Shown piece by piece: positions 26,213 to 39,981 of a stretch of 64,000 nt of DNA. Source of the DNA: Eledone cirrhosa (lineage: Eukaryota); NCBI GenBank assembly GCA_964016885.1, contig OZ024740.1, forward strand, positions 166,842,001-166,906,000, written 5' to 3'. The translations under genes were made by a program, and so were the position numbers. The notes under the pieces are model-generated. The model searched no databases, was not told the DNA's origin, and saw only the letters and a list, made by a program, of their open reading frames with translations. The number at the start of each line of letters is the position of its first letter. The first letter of the stretch is position 1.

Positions 26213-27325
26213 ATGTTCACTACTACCAACCCAGGAAAAACCAACGAAGAACCATGTGAGATTGATTCATACAAAATGAAAATTCGAACAATTCCAAAAT
26301 GGAACAAATCCCTCAGAGACAGAAAGTTTTCATTCTGGAAGATGATACAAAATCACAACAATGCGGAGATATATGAAAAATGGCTTAACTCAACCCCTCT
26401 ACCTCTCCCCCGTAAAATACAGATAAAGTCCATTCCAAATGAACCCGAACCTCAAAGACACCTTAGGGAAAGAATGGCATTGGAAAAAATGAAGACAGAA
26501 ATTGAACTTCTTAAATTGAGGGCCCAGACAAATGAGGAAAAAATCAAAACCATCGATGAAAAGATCCTCCTGGAAATCAACAATAAGACTGAAGACCCCA
26601 AGGTAGAGAAGATCTCTAAATTATGGAAAGGGGACTGCAACAGAGAAGAACTGAAATCCCTTCAACGCTGGGAAAAAAGTGCCGCTTGGTTCCTACACTA
26701 TGAATCGACTTTTCAAACGGATTACACCTGCAATAACCCGTTCATAAAAATAGGAAAACCCATAACCGAACCGCACAACTTCGCAAACCCCCCAGCCACT
26801 AACAAAAGAAGAAGGAAGCACCACATCGAAGATGAACTTCCCAACCTCGCTACCATAAAAAGGAACAAAAACCCTAGAAATCATCTCCCCCAGAATGACA
26901 TTTACAACTTTCCACCTTCAAGGATACACCATACCAAATCACTCAACTACTACGCGGATGCCTCATCGTCAAACATAGGGAAAAGATGCCACCACCATGA
27001 TAGATGTAACACATTCCCCGCTTCAAGGGGACAGCAAGGTAATTTCCATTTTCTCAACTCTCGCTTCCACAATACACAACAAACCCACAGCACACAATAC
27101 AACCAACAACGTAGGCCACCTATAACACCACAATCTAACATGGCACATAGAAACACACATCCATACTCGCAATACAGGAACACCCCATTCAATCTATAAC
27201 CATGAACCCGAACCACATTTTACAACAACAAGGAATATAACAAACACAGGAGACCATTTTTTAGACACAGCACACAGATACAGGCAAACAAAATTATACA
27301 AGACAGGGAGAAGAAACCGAGAGTA
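26213..27325 (+). pseudogene. Upstream ORF1 of PLE B (charged, probably helical N-terminal part, then low complexity; probably ends ...GDHFLDTAH...RE*)
   Basis: 328-aa ORF (WNKSLRDRKFSFW...YEKWL...EIELLKLR...WKGDCNREELKSLQRW). A second frame open from 27126 to about 27325 carries HFL. Confidence 0.6.
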
Positions 27326-29586
27326 AAAAAATTTATCAATCTAACTAGTGCAGAACCAACACCCAACCTTATCAACCTACTCTCCAAAAGTCTTAAATTC
27401 ACACCGACCCCACTACGTCCTAACTACTATGAAATGAAGGAAGACATCACAGACTTCTGTAGAAAGTTACGACTCAGTGAAGAACTATTCGACCAGTACA
27501 ATGAGGATGAATCATTAGCCAGAAATAGAAGCAATTACACCCCATCAAAAGGTAGAAATAAAATCCTGGACGAATTCTGTGAACACATCACAAACTTCCC
27601 TTACCAACACTTGCACAGACAAAAACACAAGCCAAACCCCAACAAGAAAGAATGGGAAGAATTAAATAGATTAAAAACCGACAGAACCATTACAATTAAA
27701 GAGGCTGACAAAGGGAGTACAGTAGTCCTAATAGAGACAGAATTCTATATCAACTTAGCGATCTCCACTTTGGAAAACGAAATAGACTACGAAAAGGCTG
27801 AACACTACAATCAACAGAAAATTATAAGAAACCTAAACACTCTGATCAACCAATACAAAGAAGGACTCACTATCAAGGAATTCAGCTTCATCACAGACTT
27901 CACAAGTAAATCCAGCCTATTCTACGGTATCCCTAAAGTACATAAAAGCGAATTAATAAGTAAGGCATGCAAGGAAGCCACAGACATAGTCAGCAATGTA
28001 CCCTCACCCAATGATCTCAAATTAAGACCTATAATAGCAGACCCCGCTTGCGAAACCCACCGCCTTAGCAACTTCATTGATAGCCTTCTCAAGCCTTTTC
28101 TCAGACACATCAAAAGCTAAATAAGCGACGACCTAGATATGCTCAATCACCTTCCTAATATGCCCCTTTCTGAACAAACCCTACTAGTGACGTTCGATGT
28201 AGTCAACATATATTCCAACATCCCCCACAACCTAGGAATAGAAGCTATCCAATTCAGGCTGGATAATTACCACAATGAACTCCCACAACGCATCAAAAAA
28301 GAATTCGTGATAGAGGGACTTACATTTATCTTGGAGAACAAATACTTCGTTTTCAATAACAAACCCTACAGGCAGAAAGCTGGGACCGATATGGGAACGA
28401 AAACAGCCCCAACTTATGCCAACCTAGTCATGGATACCTGGAAATCACCCTCTACACTAAAGTACTAATACAATTTGGAAACACTGTCCACTTACACCTT
28501 ACACATAGAAAGGAACTGGAAGCGATATCTAGATGACTGCTTCATCCTTTGGCACGAAAACATCGAGAAACCTAAAGAATTTCACACCCTTATAAATGGG
28601 CTCAACACGAATATTAACTTCACGATGGAATACAGCCATCAAAAACTCCCCTTCCTCGACATCCTCATTAAGATTCATAACAAAAAATAGAAACAGACAT
28701 ATACTACAAGCCCACAGACCCCCAAGCAATATCTTCCGTTCAACTCTTGCCACCCTAGACACGTTAAAATTAATATTCCCTACAACTTAGCCAAGAGAAT
28801 CTGTGCTATAGTCTCCAATAAAAACACCTGTTACTTACGGCTACAAGAACTAAAGGACACAATCATAGGCAGGGACGACCCTGCATCACTAATTGACAAT
28901 GGAATCCAACGTGCCCTAAAACTCAGTACCCAGGAACTTAGACACCCTAAAGTAAATCAACCGAAACTAAAACTCTTCCATACATCTCCACACGCAACCC
29001 CCTCAAAAATGAGGCCTTTGACACCATCCTCCAGAATATCCCTGTGTTAAAAAAGGACCGTAGAATGAACCAAATCCTACGAACACACGATATCATAAAG
29101 AGCAAAAGACAATCTAAGTCAATGAAAAACATCCTAACACATGCCAAAGTACTGCCAAACACAACAACGAAACCCACAGTAAAAAAATGCGATAGACCCA
29201 ACTGTGGCATATGCATCAACCCAATAGAGGCTTTGGAATTCTATTTCAAAGAAGGACAACGTTTTTTAGTAAAACACAATTTCACATGCGCATCAGAAAA
29301 TCTAATATATGTATTAAATTGCTCAGGTTGTCGAGAACAATACATTGGACAGACCAACAACAGCCTCCGCCAACGCATGACTGTCCATAGATCCCAAATT
29401 CAAATACGGGAATACAGGAAAATACCACTGAGTGAATACATTGATACCTGTGCCGCCCAAAATCATCCCAACTTCAGAACCTTTCCTCTCTACAAATTTA
29501 AAGATAATGCCACCCACACACAGTGCATCAGCAAGGAATCTCACTTTATTAACAAATACGGACCCCGTCTAAACACTTCTCCCTAA
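27257..29586 (+). pseudogene. PLE RT, Cys linker and GIY-YIG, broken by stops and frameshifts
   Basis: LSKSLKFTPTP, EADKG, FYGIPKVHK, LRPIIA, TFDVVNIYSNI, GTDMGT, RYLDD, PFLD, KCDRPNCGIC, NLIYVLNCSGCREQYIGQT, R.R..H. Confidence 0.9.
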
Positions 29587-30768
29587 GACGAACCCACAAC
29601 ATACACACGTCAACATACATACCTACACCAGCATACATCCTACATACATCTCTATCCACATATAAACACAATGACATACGTAAACACACATTTTCTATGG
29701 TGCAACACAAATATACACAAATTTGCATACCTTTTGATGTCTATAGATATAAACGTGCCGACACACACACATACATATACGCACACATGCATTGCACACT
29801 GATGGCAACATACATATTTGTACACAAGTATTCCAATACGGCAAGGCCTAATGGATTCCCCTTGCAGTACGTACAATCTGGACACTCACACACACCTTGG
29901 TCTTATGCCAATACTATATATCATTTCACACCTTTTATTATTAAGGTTTTTGATGTTCTATTGAGAGAATCGTTTTTACTGAAAATATCGAATAATGTAC
30001 ACCATTTTTACCAGTAACACAAAAATACTGGTCCACCCACACACACACATTCACACACACACACATATATATATATATACACACACATACACACGCGTAC
30101 ATTAACATACAAAGAGACATATACACACACACACACTCTCCGTATAAGACAAGAGCTGTAAAATATCTTTTAACATGTTAAAATATCCCCCATACACGTA
30201 CAGACACATTCCTACTGACCGATCCCTCTACCACGAATTACTCTGCTACACACACACACACATACTTGTCTTAATAGGCATCTGAACTGTTGACCTGTCA
30301 GCAGGCTGCGTTTCGCACACACATCCCTGCTGACCATTATCACAACAACGAACCTCTTTACTGCTACTACACACACACACACACACATATTTGTCTTAAA
30401 GGACTTATTTTTCAGTAATTTCTCAATCAGCCGAGAAAAACCTACATTTGGCGCAAATTCAATTTTTAACATTCACATGACCTCTACCGACCAATGAAAA
30501 TTGTTTTGACCACAAGAATTTGTTCATACATCTGGAGCCACGTTTTTTACATAAAACAGGTAGAATTTCCAAAACTAATCATATTAGAGCAAACATCACG
30601 GGCGCTCTATCTCAATATTAATTTTGAAAAGCATTAGAAACGCGCAACCGGTAAATACATAAAACCAAAACTGAATACTATCCAATACTATTACGATTTT
30701 TTATTTATTCCTAATTAAACTATTTTTCACTGGGAACAATTTGTCAGCATTTTCTTTTCCTTTTACCA

Positions 30769-30846
<78 letters not shown>

Positions 30847-31254
30847 GTATATACATATTTATATATATATATTTATATTTATATATATATATTTATATTT
30901 ATATATATACATATTTATATATATATATACATATTTATATAGATATACATATTTATATAGATATACATATTTATATATATATATTTATATATATATATAC
31001 ATATTTATATATATACATATATTTATATATATATACATATTGCTTTTTGCTGAACTACTTATTGTAGAGTTTTTTTCGGAATGTTTTTGACTGTTGTTTC
31101 TTGTAAATAAACATCCGTCTCATTCTGACGTCACCAGCCCTCTCTTTCCACATGTGCGTTTTATTTTTCATAATCAAGCATGATGGTGACCTAGCCTGTT
31201 TTTAATTCCCTTTTTGGCATATTAATCAGTGAGCAATTTTGTTTATCGAGTTGA

Positions 31255-31333
31255 GCTCTGCTGAGGATCGAATTCCAACCGTGACCATCTCCACTGAAAG
31301 TTTCGTGAAATAGTCTTCACGACTAGACAGAGC
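31255..31333 (+). ncRNA. Hammerhead motif with U16.1 changed to G, in an otherwise unannotated insert
   Basis: GCUCUG-CUGAGGA-UCGAA..UUCGU-GAAA-UAGUC-UUCAC-GACUA-GA-CAGAGC. Confidence 0.7.
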
Positions 31334-31577
31334 ATTTGTAATTGTCCCAAATTGAATGATGAGTATTTTAAACTTTATTTTATCATGAAGTAAGGCTCAA
31401 TTGATTTTTCCATGGATTTCACTAAATTCTGTTGGATGAATCTATATCCCGATTCTTTTTGAGTTGAGTTTGAATTATTTTTCCCACATCTTACCAAAAC
31501 TATTTTTCCCATTTTGAGGCTATAGTCACTTATATACTATGGAATATTGTTGGCTTTTTGCTACAATATTTTCATTT

Positions 31578-31646
<69 letters not shown>

Positions 31647-32378
31647 TTTATATATATATATACATATATTTATATATATATACATATATTTATATATATA
31701 TATACATATATTTATATATATATATACATATATTTATATATCTATATACATATATTTATATATATATATACATATATTTATATATCTATATACATATATT
31801 TATATATATATATACATATATTTATATAAAAATGGCGTAGACATACAATGCAACGGGAGGAAACAATAGCACCACTGACGATGTTGCAGATGTGCAACGA
31901 AAGAACTCTGATAAACTATATATATGTGTTTGTGTCTATATTGTATCTGTATTAAATTTTGACCGCCGGTCAGTCAATAGCAACATTGAGGACCGAATAA
32001 ATTAGATTACCGATATAAAAGACACAGAAGCGAAAAACGAAAACCAACCAAACAGTGAGTGTGTTCTGTTATTAATTATGGCACTATTACACAAATATGA
32101 CCCCCCCCCCCAAGTATAACAATATCTGTTTCGACACACGATTTGATATAAAAAACCTCGCAAAACTAATTCATCGCCGTTATATATAGATATATTTATA
32201 TATATATACATATATTTATATATATATATACATATATTTATATATATATATATACATATATTTATATATATATATATACATATATTTATATATATATATA
32301 CATATATTTATATATATATATACATATATTTATATATATATACATATATTTATATATATATATACATATATTTATATA

Positions 32379-32420
<42 letters not shown>

Positions 32421-32604
32421 CATATATTTATATATATATATACATATATTTATATATATATACATATATTTATATATATATAAATATATTTATCAACATA
32501 TATATTTACCAACATATGCGTACAGATGTACACTAATGTTAGCAAATACATAAATTATGTCATAGTACCTAGGTGGTTCAATGCAGGGGGATACAGAACA
32601 ATTA

Positions 32605-33347
32605 TATGAAAGACGTAAAATAAGAAAATTTTAAAAATTAAAAATTAACTTACTTACTAAAATATTCACTCCAACTAATTAGTTTCTGTAATGGGATAAA
32701 GATAGTTACGCAAAGTAACCATCGAGAATTTATTACGTTATCAGGGAGTCTATTCTCAGCTAATTCTCCAGGCTATGCGCGGACACTAGGGACTCATATA
32801 AAAATAATAATTCAGTGGATGGAACAGCTAGCGGGGACTGAATTCCATAGCACTGAAAAAGTTCACTGTCTCTGGTCAAGTGGCAGATTCTAAAGAATCA
32901 ATCAAGTTGGTAAATATACTAATTCTCTATATTTATCTCCAAATTATTTATTTGTTGAGCAAACTTGCCAAATCCACTACTAATTCATTGTAGTAGTGGT
33001 AGGCTCTTGTCATGATACCATCCCACTCCTTCTGACTAGCCTCAGTGTCACATGATCAATTCTTTAGAATCTGCCACTTGACCAGAGACAGTGAACTTTT
33101 TCAGTGCTATGGAATTCAGTCCCGGCTAGCTGTTCCATCCACCGAATTATTATTTTTATATGAGTCCCTAGTGTCCGCGCATTGCCTGGAGAATTAGCTG
33201 AGAATAGACTCCCTGATGACGTAATGAATTCTCGATGGTTACATTGCGTAACTATCTTTATCCCATTACAGAAACTAATTAGTTGGAGTGAAAATTTTAG
33301 TAAGTTAATTTTTAATTTTTAAAATGTTCTTATTTTACGTCTTTCAT
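32605..33347. mobile_element. Fold-back pLTR pair (arms about 32605-32900 and 33058-33347)
   Basis: Inverted arms of about 290 bp, each with an HHR; (TA)n flanks. Confidence 0.88.
33208..33289 (+). ncRNA. Type I hammerhead (palindromic CUAAUUAG, GUU triplet); mutated CUGAUAA copy at 32668-32749 (-)
   Basis: ACUCC-CUGAUGA-CGUAAUG..CAUUACA-GAAA-CUAAUUAG-UU-GGAGU. Confidence 0.85.
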
Positions 33348-33437
33348 ATATATATACATATATTTATATATATATACATATATTTATATATATATACACA
33401 TATATATATAAATACATATATTTTTATATATATACAC

Positions 33438-33484
<47 letters not shown>

Positions 33485-33485
33485 C

Positions 33486-33554
<69 letters not shown>

Positions 33555-33614
33555 CATATATATATATATACATATATATATATTTACATATATATATATA
33601 TACATTATATATAC

Positions 33615-33647
<33 letters not shown>

Positions 33648-33662
33648 CATATATATATATAC

Positions 33663-33718
<56 letters not shown>

Positions 33719-33849
33719 ATATACATACATATATTTATATATATATATATATATACATATATTTATATATATATATACATATATTTATATATACATATAT
33801 TTATATATATATATATGTATGTACACGTACATACATATATGTATACAGA

Positions 33850-34170
33850 CGTACAGTAGTATGTATATATATATACATACATGCACACATATAAATGCGT
33901 ACGTATGGATTCACCGAACATTTATTATAATGCCCGGTGTGTTTGTAAACAAACATCCCGTATTAAGCCGTAGTGTCTAGCAATCATCGTTGCTCGTTTG
34001 TTCAACACTGACAAAGGAACACTGTAGTAGTTTCAAGCTTATTAGCTATCGTCAGCAACGTATACCATCCTGCCAGATTGTTGAACGTATATACTTAACT
34101 TATGCATATTAAATTTAAGTTACAGCCGTACTAAGAGTGGAAAATAAAATTTCGTTTCATTTTTTCCGCA
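33850..34170 (-). mobile_element. pLTR of the 15.1 kb family with an HHR at 34020-34060 and a short inverted tail
   Basis: Reverse complement reads CGUUG-CUGACGA-UAGCUAAUAAGCUU-GAAA-CUAC-UA-CAGUG. Confidence 0.72.
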
Positions 34171-34620
34171 TATATATATACATATATTTATATATATATA
34201 CATATATATTTATATATATATATATACATATATTTATATATATATACATATATTTATATATATATATACATATATTTATATATATATATACATATATTTA
34301 TATATATATATACATATATTTATATATATATACATATATATATTTATATATATATATACATATATTTATATATATATACATATATTTATATATGTATACA
34401 TATATATATTTATATATATATATACATATGTTTATATATATATATACATATATTTATATATATATACATATATTTATATATGTATACATATATTTATATA
34501 TATATAGATATATATATTTATATATATATATACACATATTTATATATATATATACATATATTTATATATATATATAAATATATATATATGTATATATATA
34601 TATATGTATATACATATATT

Positions 34621-34651
<31 letters not shown>

Positions 34652-34680
34652 ATATATACATATATTTATATAAATATATT

Positions 34681-34748
<68 letters not shown>

Positions 34749-34796
34749 CATATATATATATTTATATATATATACATATATTTATATACATACATT

Positions 34797-34842
<46 letters not shown>

Positions 34843-34857
34843 TTTTTATATATATAT

Positions 34858-35190
34858 AAGTTGTAATATAATGAAACGAAATTTCATTTCTCACTCTTAG
34901 TACGGCAGAAGGGTATACGGTGCTGATGATAGCTTGAAACTAGTACATCGTTCCTGTGTCAGTGTTAAACAAAAAGGTGACGTGGTTGCCTTAACACCGT
35001 ATGGCATAAATCAGGCGGTTCGCTTGTTTACAAACGGACAAAGCGAGCGTTATAATAAACGTTCGCTAAACTGATACGTACATATATATATATGTGTACC
35101 TGTATGTATGTGTGTGTATATATATATATATATGCATGCTACTGTACGTCTGTATACATATATGTATGTACGTATACATACATACTTATA
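34858..35190 (+). mobile_element. pLTR of the 15.1 kb family with a 5' inverted tail and an ultra-minimal HHR at 34918-34950
   Basis: CGGUG-CUGAUGA-UAGCUU-GAAA-CUAG-UA-CAUCG. 34858-34906 is the reverse complement of 15481-15530. Confidence 0.78.
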
Positions 35191-35299
35191 TATATATATA
35201 TACACATATATATATTTATATATATATATATATATATTTATATAAATCAGGAAAGAAGATTGACATGGTTTGCTATACAAAAAAGGTTTTTAATCTCAT

Positions 35300-35407
35300 T
35301 GCTGACAATTGTTTCTCTGAACTGGTAGGTCTAGAGATCGCTATTCGCTTGTTTTCACGTTACTCGATCGTCAATACAAAATTATAACCAGTCAGTTCTT
35401 CGGAGCA
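35300..35407 (-). ncRNA. Hammerhead with long stem II, CCGAAGA core and palindromic CAAUUG
   Basis: Reverse complement reads UGCU-CCGAAGA-ACUGACUGGU...ACCAGUUCAGA-GAAA-CAAUUG-UC-AGCA. Confidence 0.7.
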
Positions 35408-35869
35408 TGCGAGAATGAAGAGAATATACAGGCATGAAAGGAATATACAGGCTACTATATGAAGTAGTAATGGCATTCAGTTAGAACAATAACAACAATT
35501 ACAACAATGCTAGTAATAAATTATTAGAGGAGACCCTGACATTACATTAGGTGACGGTATAGTGTATCTAAGATTTCGGCGTGTAAAACTAGCTGACATG
35601 AAGCAGAAGTATAAGGTTGACATATAAGGAGTGTCGTAGGGTGTATCATATCAATTTTAAAGATAAGCCGGTGTTTATCAACAATGTAGGTCAGGTGGCC
35701 GTAATGTTCAGTATTTATCTGACCGACGAAGTATTTATCATTGAGTAGAATTTGTGTGGTCTACATTAGATGAGAATACAGTCTTTCTTTTCATCTTCAA
35801 TAACATACATGTATGGGACAACACTGTCAAAGCTAAATAATGGGCAAGTTAATACAGAGGTTAAGGAGG

Positions 35870-35934
<65 letters not shown>

Positions 35935-35971
35935 TACACACACATATATATATATATGTATATACATATAT

Positions 35972-36010
<39 letters not shown>

Positions 36011-36314
36011 CACGTGTACATATACATATACATACACATCAATATACACTCGTACAAATACATACATACATGCAAAGAGATAAACATGCTGACTGTAATT
36101 ATGGCAAAAGGAAGGTAAAGTTACATTGTAGTAGTGATTTGAGAAATTCTGGGATTTAAATACCATAACTGGACTACACCTAAGTGGACTGCATATAACT
36201 ATTATTTGTTACCCCGTATATATATTTATATATATATATACATATATTTATATATATACATATATATATATTTATATATATATATATTTATATATATATA
36301 TATATACATATTTA

Positions 36315-37292
36315 TATGACTCCAGTACAGCAATGAAGAGGCGGATTTTCAGGTCTCTACGAGGGTCCGACTCCCACACCGATCTCAAGCTGTGGCACGC
36401 CGCCCAGGCCTTGCTCTTTCTCTCAACCACATCATCTTCCGTATTCCCAATCTTTGCTCCCAAATACAGGAAGCCCTCAACCAATTCTAGCGGCTTCCCG
36501 CCGACATTAGTGATCCCCTCTAGCTTCTCAACATTCTCTACCAGATATTTTGTTTTAGTCTCATTCATTCTCAGCCCCACACCCATCGACATAATCTCAA
36601 CCTCCCGCATCAAATCCTCTGCCTCCTTCACTGTATTTGTCACCAAAACTATGTCGTCAGCAAATTAAGCATCTGATAAGTTTTCGCCCTAACTCTCCTA
36701 GTCTGAGCCGGTGCCACAGTAAAGCCAGAGTCCTGGTGTTTCTCCAGTGCAAGGCGCATACAATAGTCCACTACGATGATAAAAAGGTAGGGAGCCAATG
36801 TATCTCCCTTGAGCACTCCAGCCAGTATCTCAAAGAACTCTGTCATCCCATCAGGTGTAATGACTTGGGCTTTGGTGTTGGTGTAGAGCAGTGATATCAG
36901 ATCCACTATCTTCTTGGGGATTCCATAAGCCTGGTGGATGGGTGCTTCACGAGAATGCTAAGGATAGCTCTGAACATTAATCAGTATACACTGAGGATGA
37001 AAAATTCAGAGCTGTATGGGAGCATCCCAAAGGTCAGCTCAAAAGTGACACAGAGGAGACTGATGTTAGCTAGAAATGCTCACCGACATCCAGAGTTGAC
37101 ATTGCACTCAGTGCTCCATTGGGAGCCCCTACATGGACACACTAGAAGAGGAAGACCAAGGTTAACGTATGTTGATGCCCTAAGGACAGACACTGGTCTG
37201 TTGGAGACGCGGGACATGGCAGCGTTAATGAGGGACAGAGACCGCTGGAGAGAACTCGTCCATGGATCTCGGGAATTTTACCCGCCTTAGAT
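36315..37292 (+). mobile_element. RTE-like LINE, 5'-truncated, with an inverted RT segment (36315-36933, minus strand)
   Basis: Minus strand has GVLKGDTLAPYLFIIVVD, FADD, GLRMNETKT and FLYLG. Plus strand has DGCFTRMLR...WEP.HG..RRGRP...DRDRWR...YPP*. Confidence 0.9.
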
Positions 37293-37337
37293 ATATTTAT
37301 ATATATATACATATATTTATAGATATATACATATATT

Positions 37338-37418
<81 letters not shown>

Positions 37419-37743
37419 ATGTAGATAAATCTACCAAAAGTTTACGGTAGTGTCCAATCCGTATGAAGAACTCAATGTAATCCGGATATCATGAAAAGAG
37501 AAGATGCATTCAAAAACTACTTTCGGTGAAACATAAACGGAAAACAGAGTCAAGATAAATTAATAAAATAATGAATAAACAAAGAAACAGTTCCTTATAT
37601 TAAAAAAATTCATCATTTTACGATCGTTTGTAGGATATATATGTGTTAGAGTTGGTATGCATATTCTCTAGATCTATGTACAATATTTATACAAACTATC
37701 AGAGGGAATATACATACCTAGACATACATATGCTGTCTTCAGA

Positions 37744-37847
37744 AATAATTGTTTCTTCTTTAGGCACAACGCCAGCAATTACCCAGTGCATTACTGGTAC
37801 TTTATTTTATCGACCCCGTAAGGATGAATCGACCCCGTAAGGATGAA
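37744..37847 (-). mobile_element. 3' fragment of an octopus-type SINE at the pLTR/ORF junction
   Basis: Near-identical to 62604-62688. Confidence 0.85.
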
Positions 37848-39981
37848 TCCTTCTAAGGATGATTTCTTACTTCTTATGATACAAAAAAACAACCAATTTA
37901 TCAGAAGAATCAGATGGAGGGCCTACCACTTCGATACAAATCAAAATGTACTGATAGGAAATATTTGTATGATTTCACTACATATAAAAATCCACCATAC
38001 AACTCTCTACTTGAAAACTTTGAGAAAGACCTTTTTAATTTAATCAAACACCTCAAATTTAAGAGGTATAAATCTAATTTTCAAAAGGACCTTGATTCTA
38101 CCTTATTGGACCTAAAAAAATCTAAAAAAATCCATGTCCACTCGGACAAAACAAGAAATCTATATCACATGGATATTGAAAATTACAATGAGTTCATATA
38201 TAAAGAACTCAGGAAAAATTATAGAAAAACAAATAATGCGTCACTTATCAACATCAACAACAAAACACACAGCATAGTGAATAGACTTAATATTGAAGAT
38301 AGAACTGAACCTTTGGCATTGAAAAGACAACACTTCAACCTGAAAGATCATAAATCTAACTTTAACTCTAATCCTTCTATAAGGCTTATATGCCCTTCCA
38401 AATCTGATATTGGAATAATTAGTAAAAAAATTTTAGATAGAGTCATCCCACAACTAAGAAAACATGTTAATTTACCACTCTGGTAAAACACATCCCAGGT
38501 AATTAACTGGTTTAATAATATTAGAAATAAATCCTCTGCTTCATTTCTACAATTTGATATAGATAATTAATATTCTTCTATATCACCTATACTCCTGAAC
38601 AAAGCCTTGATATTTGCTAAAAATAGATCTAACTTAACTTTGGATGACATTAATATTATTACACATGCTAGACTAACCCTATTGGAATTTCAGAATGAAT
38701 ACTGGACCAGAAACACATATAGTAATCTATTCGATATTACTTTGGGCTCAAGCGATTCTGCCCAAATCACTGATCTTTTGGGCCTCTTTCTTCTTTTTAA
38801 CATAAATGCTTCTTTTCCCCACCTTAAAGGTGGTTTATATCGTGACGACTCTCTTCTTCTTTCCAATAACCTTAGCCTCTCAGAGATAGAAAAAAATAAA
38901 AAGCTTATTAGAACTTTCCTCAAAGACTATTATAGTCTAGATATTACTTTTGAAAACACAAGTAAAGTAGTTAATTTCCTAGATATAACATTAGACCTAT
39001 CTACGGGTATCTACCAACCTTACCATAAACCCAACCAAAACACCAACATAAAACCAAATTTCTCTAACTCTTCTAATATACAGTATAGTAACTCTCAAAA
39101 AACTACTCATCCTACAACTCTAATAAATGTTGATAATAAAACTTCTAATAAACCACCTAAAACACCTAAATCAATAAATCTAACTAAAAATGTGTGTGGT
39201 GAGGTCATTAACAATAATTCTCTTAATAAACATCAGGATGCATCCTATAAAAAACAATAAACAACATCGAAACCGTAATAGACGAGTTACTTGGTATAAT
39301 GCTCCATTTAATTTACAAATTAAGGATAATATACCTAAAAAATTCTTTAATATCCTAGAGAAAAACTTCCCGCCAAACCACAAATACCATCAAATCTTAA
39401 ATAGATCAACGGTTAAATTCTCCTACTCACCAACCAAAAACATAAAACATAATATAAGTGCCTATAACGCATATAAATGTAAAAAAACCATGAGTATACC
39501 ACCAGTACATCAAACTAACCATAATATCTCCTCAGATACAGGATTCACGAAAAGTTGTAACTGTAGAAACAAGGCAAACTGTCCATTAAAAGGAAATTGC
39601 CTTGTTAATAACATAGTATATAAATGTAAAGTTAACACTAAGGACTCAATTTATTCATATATAGGAGCTACCTCTAACAAATTTAAGGTAAGATTTAATA
39701 CCCACAAACATAGTTTTAAAAATGCCGCACTAGCTAATACAACATCTCTAGCTGAAATAATAAATAGTTATAGAAAGAGGAATATAGAATATGACCTGAC
39801 CTGGAGTGTGCTCAAAAGGGCCACCCCTTATCAAAATAGTAGAAATGAATGTAGATTATGTTCCCAAGAACTATTTGAAATAATGAAATCTAAGGATATC
39901 CTATTAAATAAGCGACAGGAATTAATAATATCGTGTAATCATAAACTGAGAAAAACCTTTAAATATTATAAACCTAATTAA
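37848..39981 (+). pseudogene. PLE RT plus GIY-YIG pseudogene (stops, frameshifts, thumb deletion near 39045)
   Basis: RIRWRAYHF, SDKTRNLY, RLICPSKSD, GGLYRDD, NFLDITL, CNCRNKANCPLKGNCL, YIGAT..FKVRFNTH, CRLC. Confidence 0.9.

Larger units (their letters stand above)
26178..30770 (+). mobile_element. Penelope-like element B (Neptune-like), degenerate
   Basis: Upstream ORF1 plus a disrupted pol; (TA)n flanks. Confidence 0.9.

Noticed and set aside
30485-30653. Expected hammerhead in the PLE B 3' end (GAAA-CGCG near 30637)
   Set aside because: No intact CUGANGA and no UH site; cannot be supported.
31870-31912. CUGACGA-UGUUGCA/UGCAAC-GAAA hammerhead-like core
   Set aside because: Stem II is good, but there is no stem I and the cleavage position is G. 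At best a decayed relic.
37458-37541. UCCGU-AUGAAGA...GAAA..ACGGA hammerhead-like motif
   Set aside because: C3 is mutated and there is no stem III; too degenerate to call.
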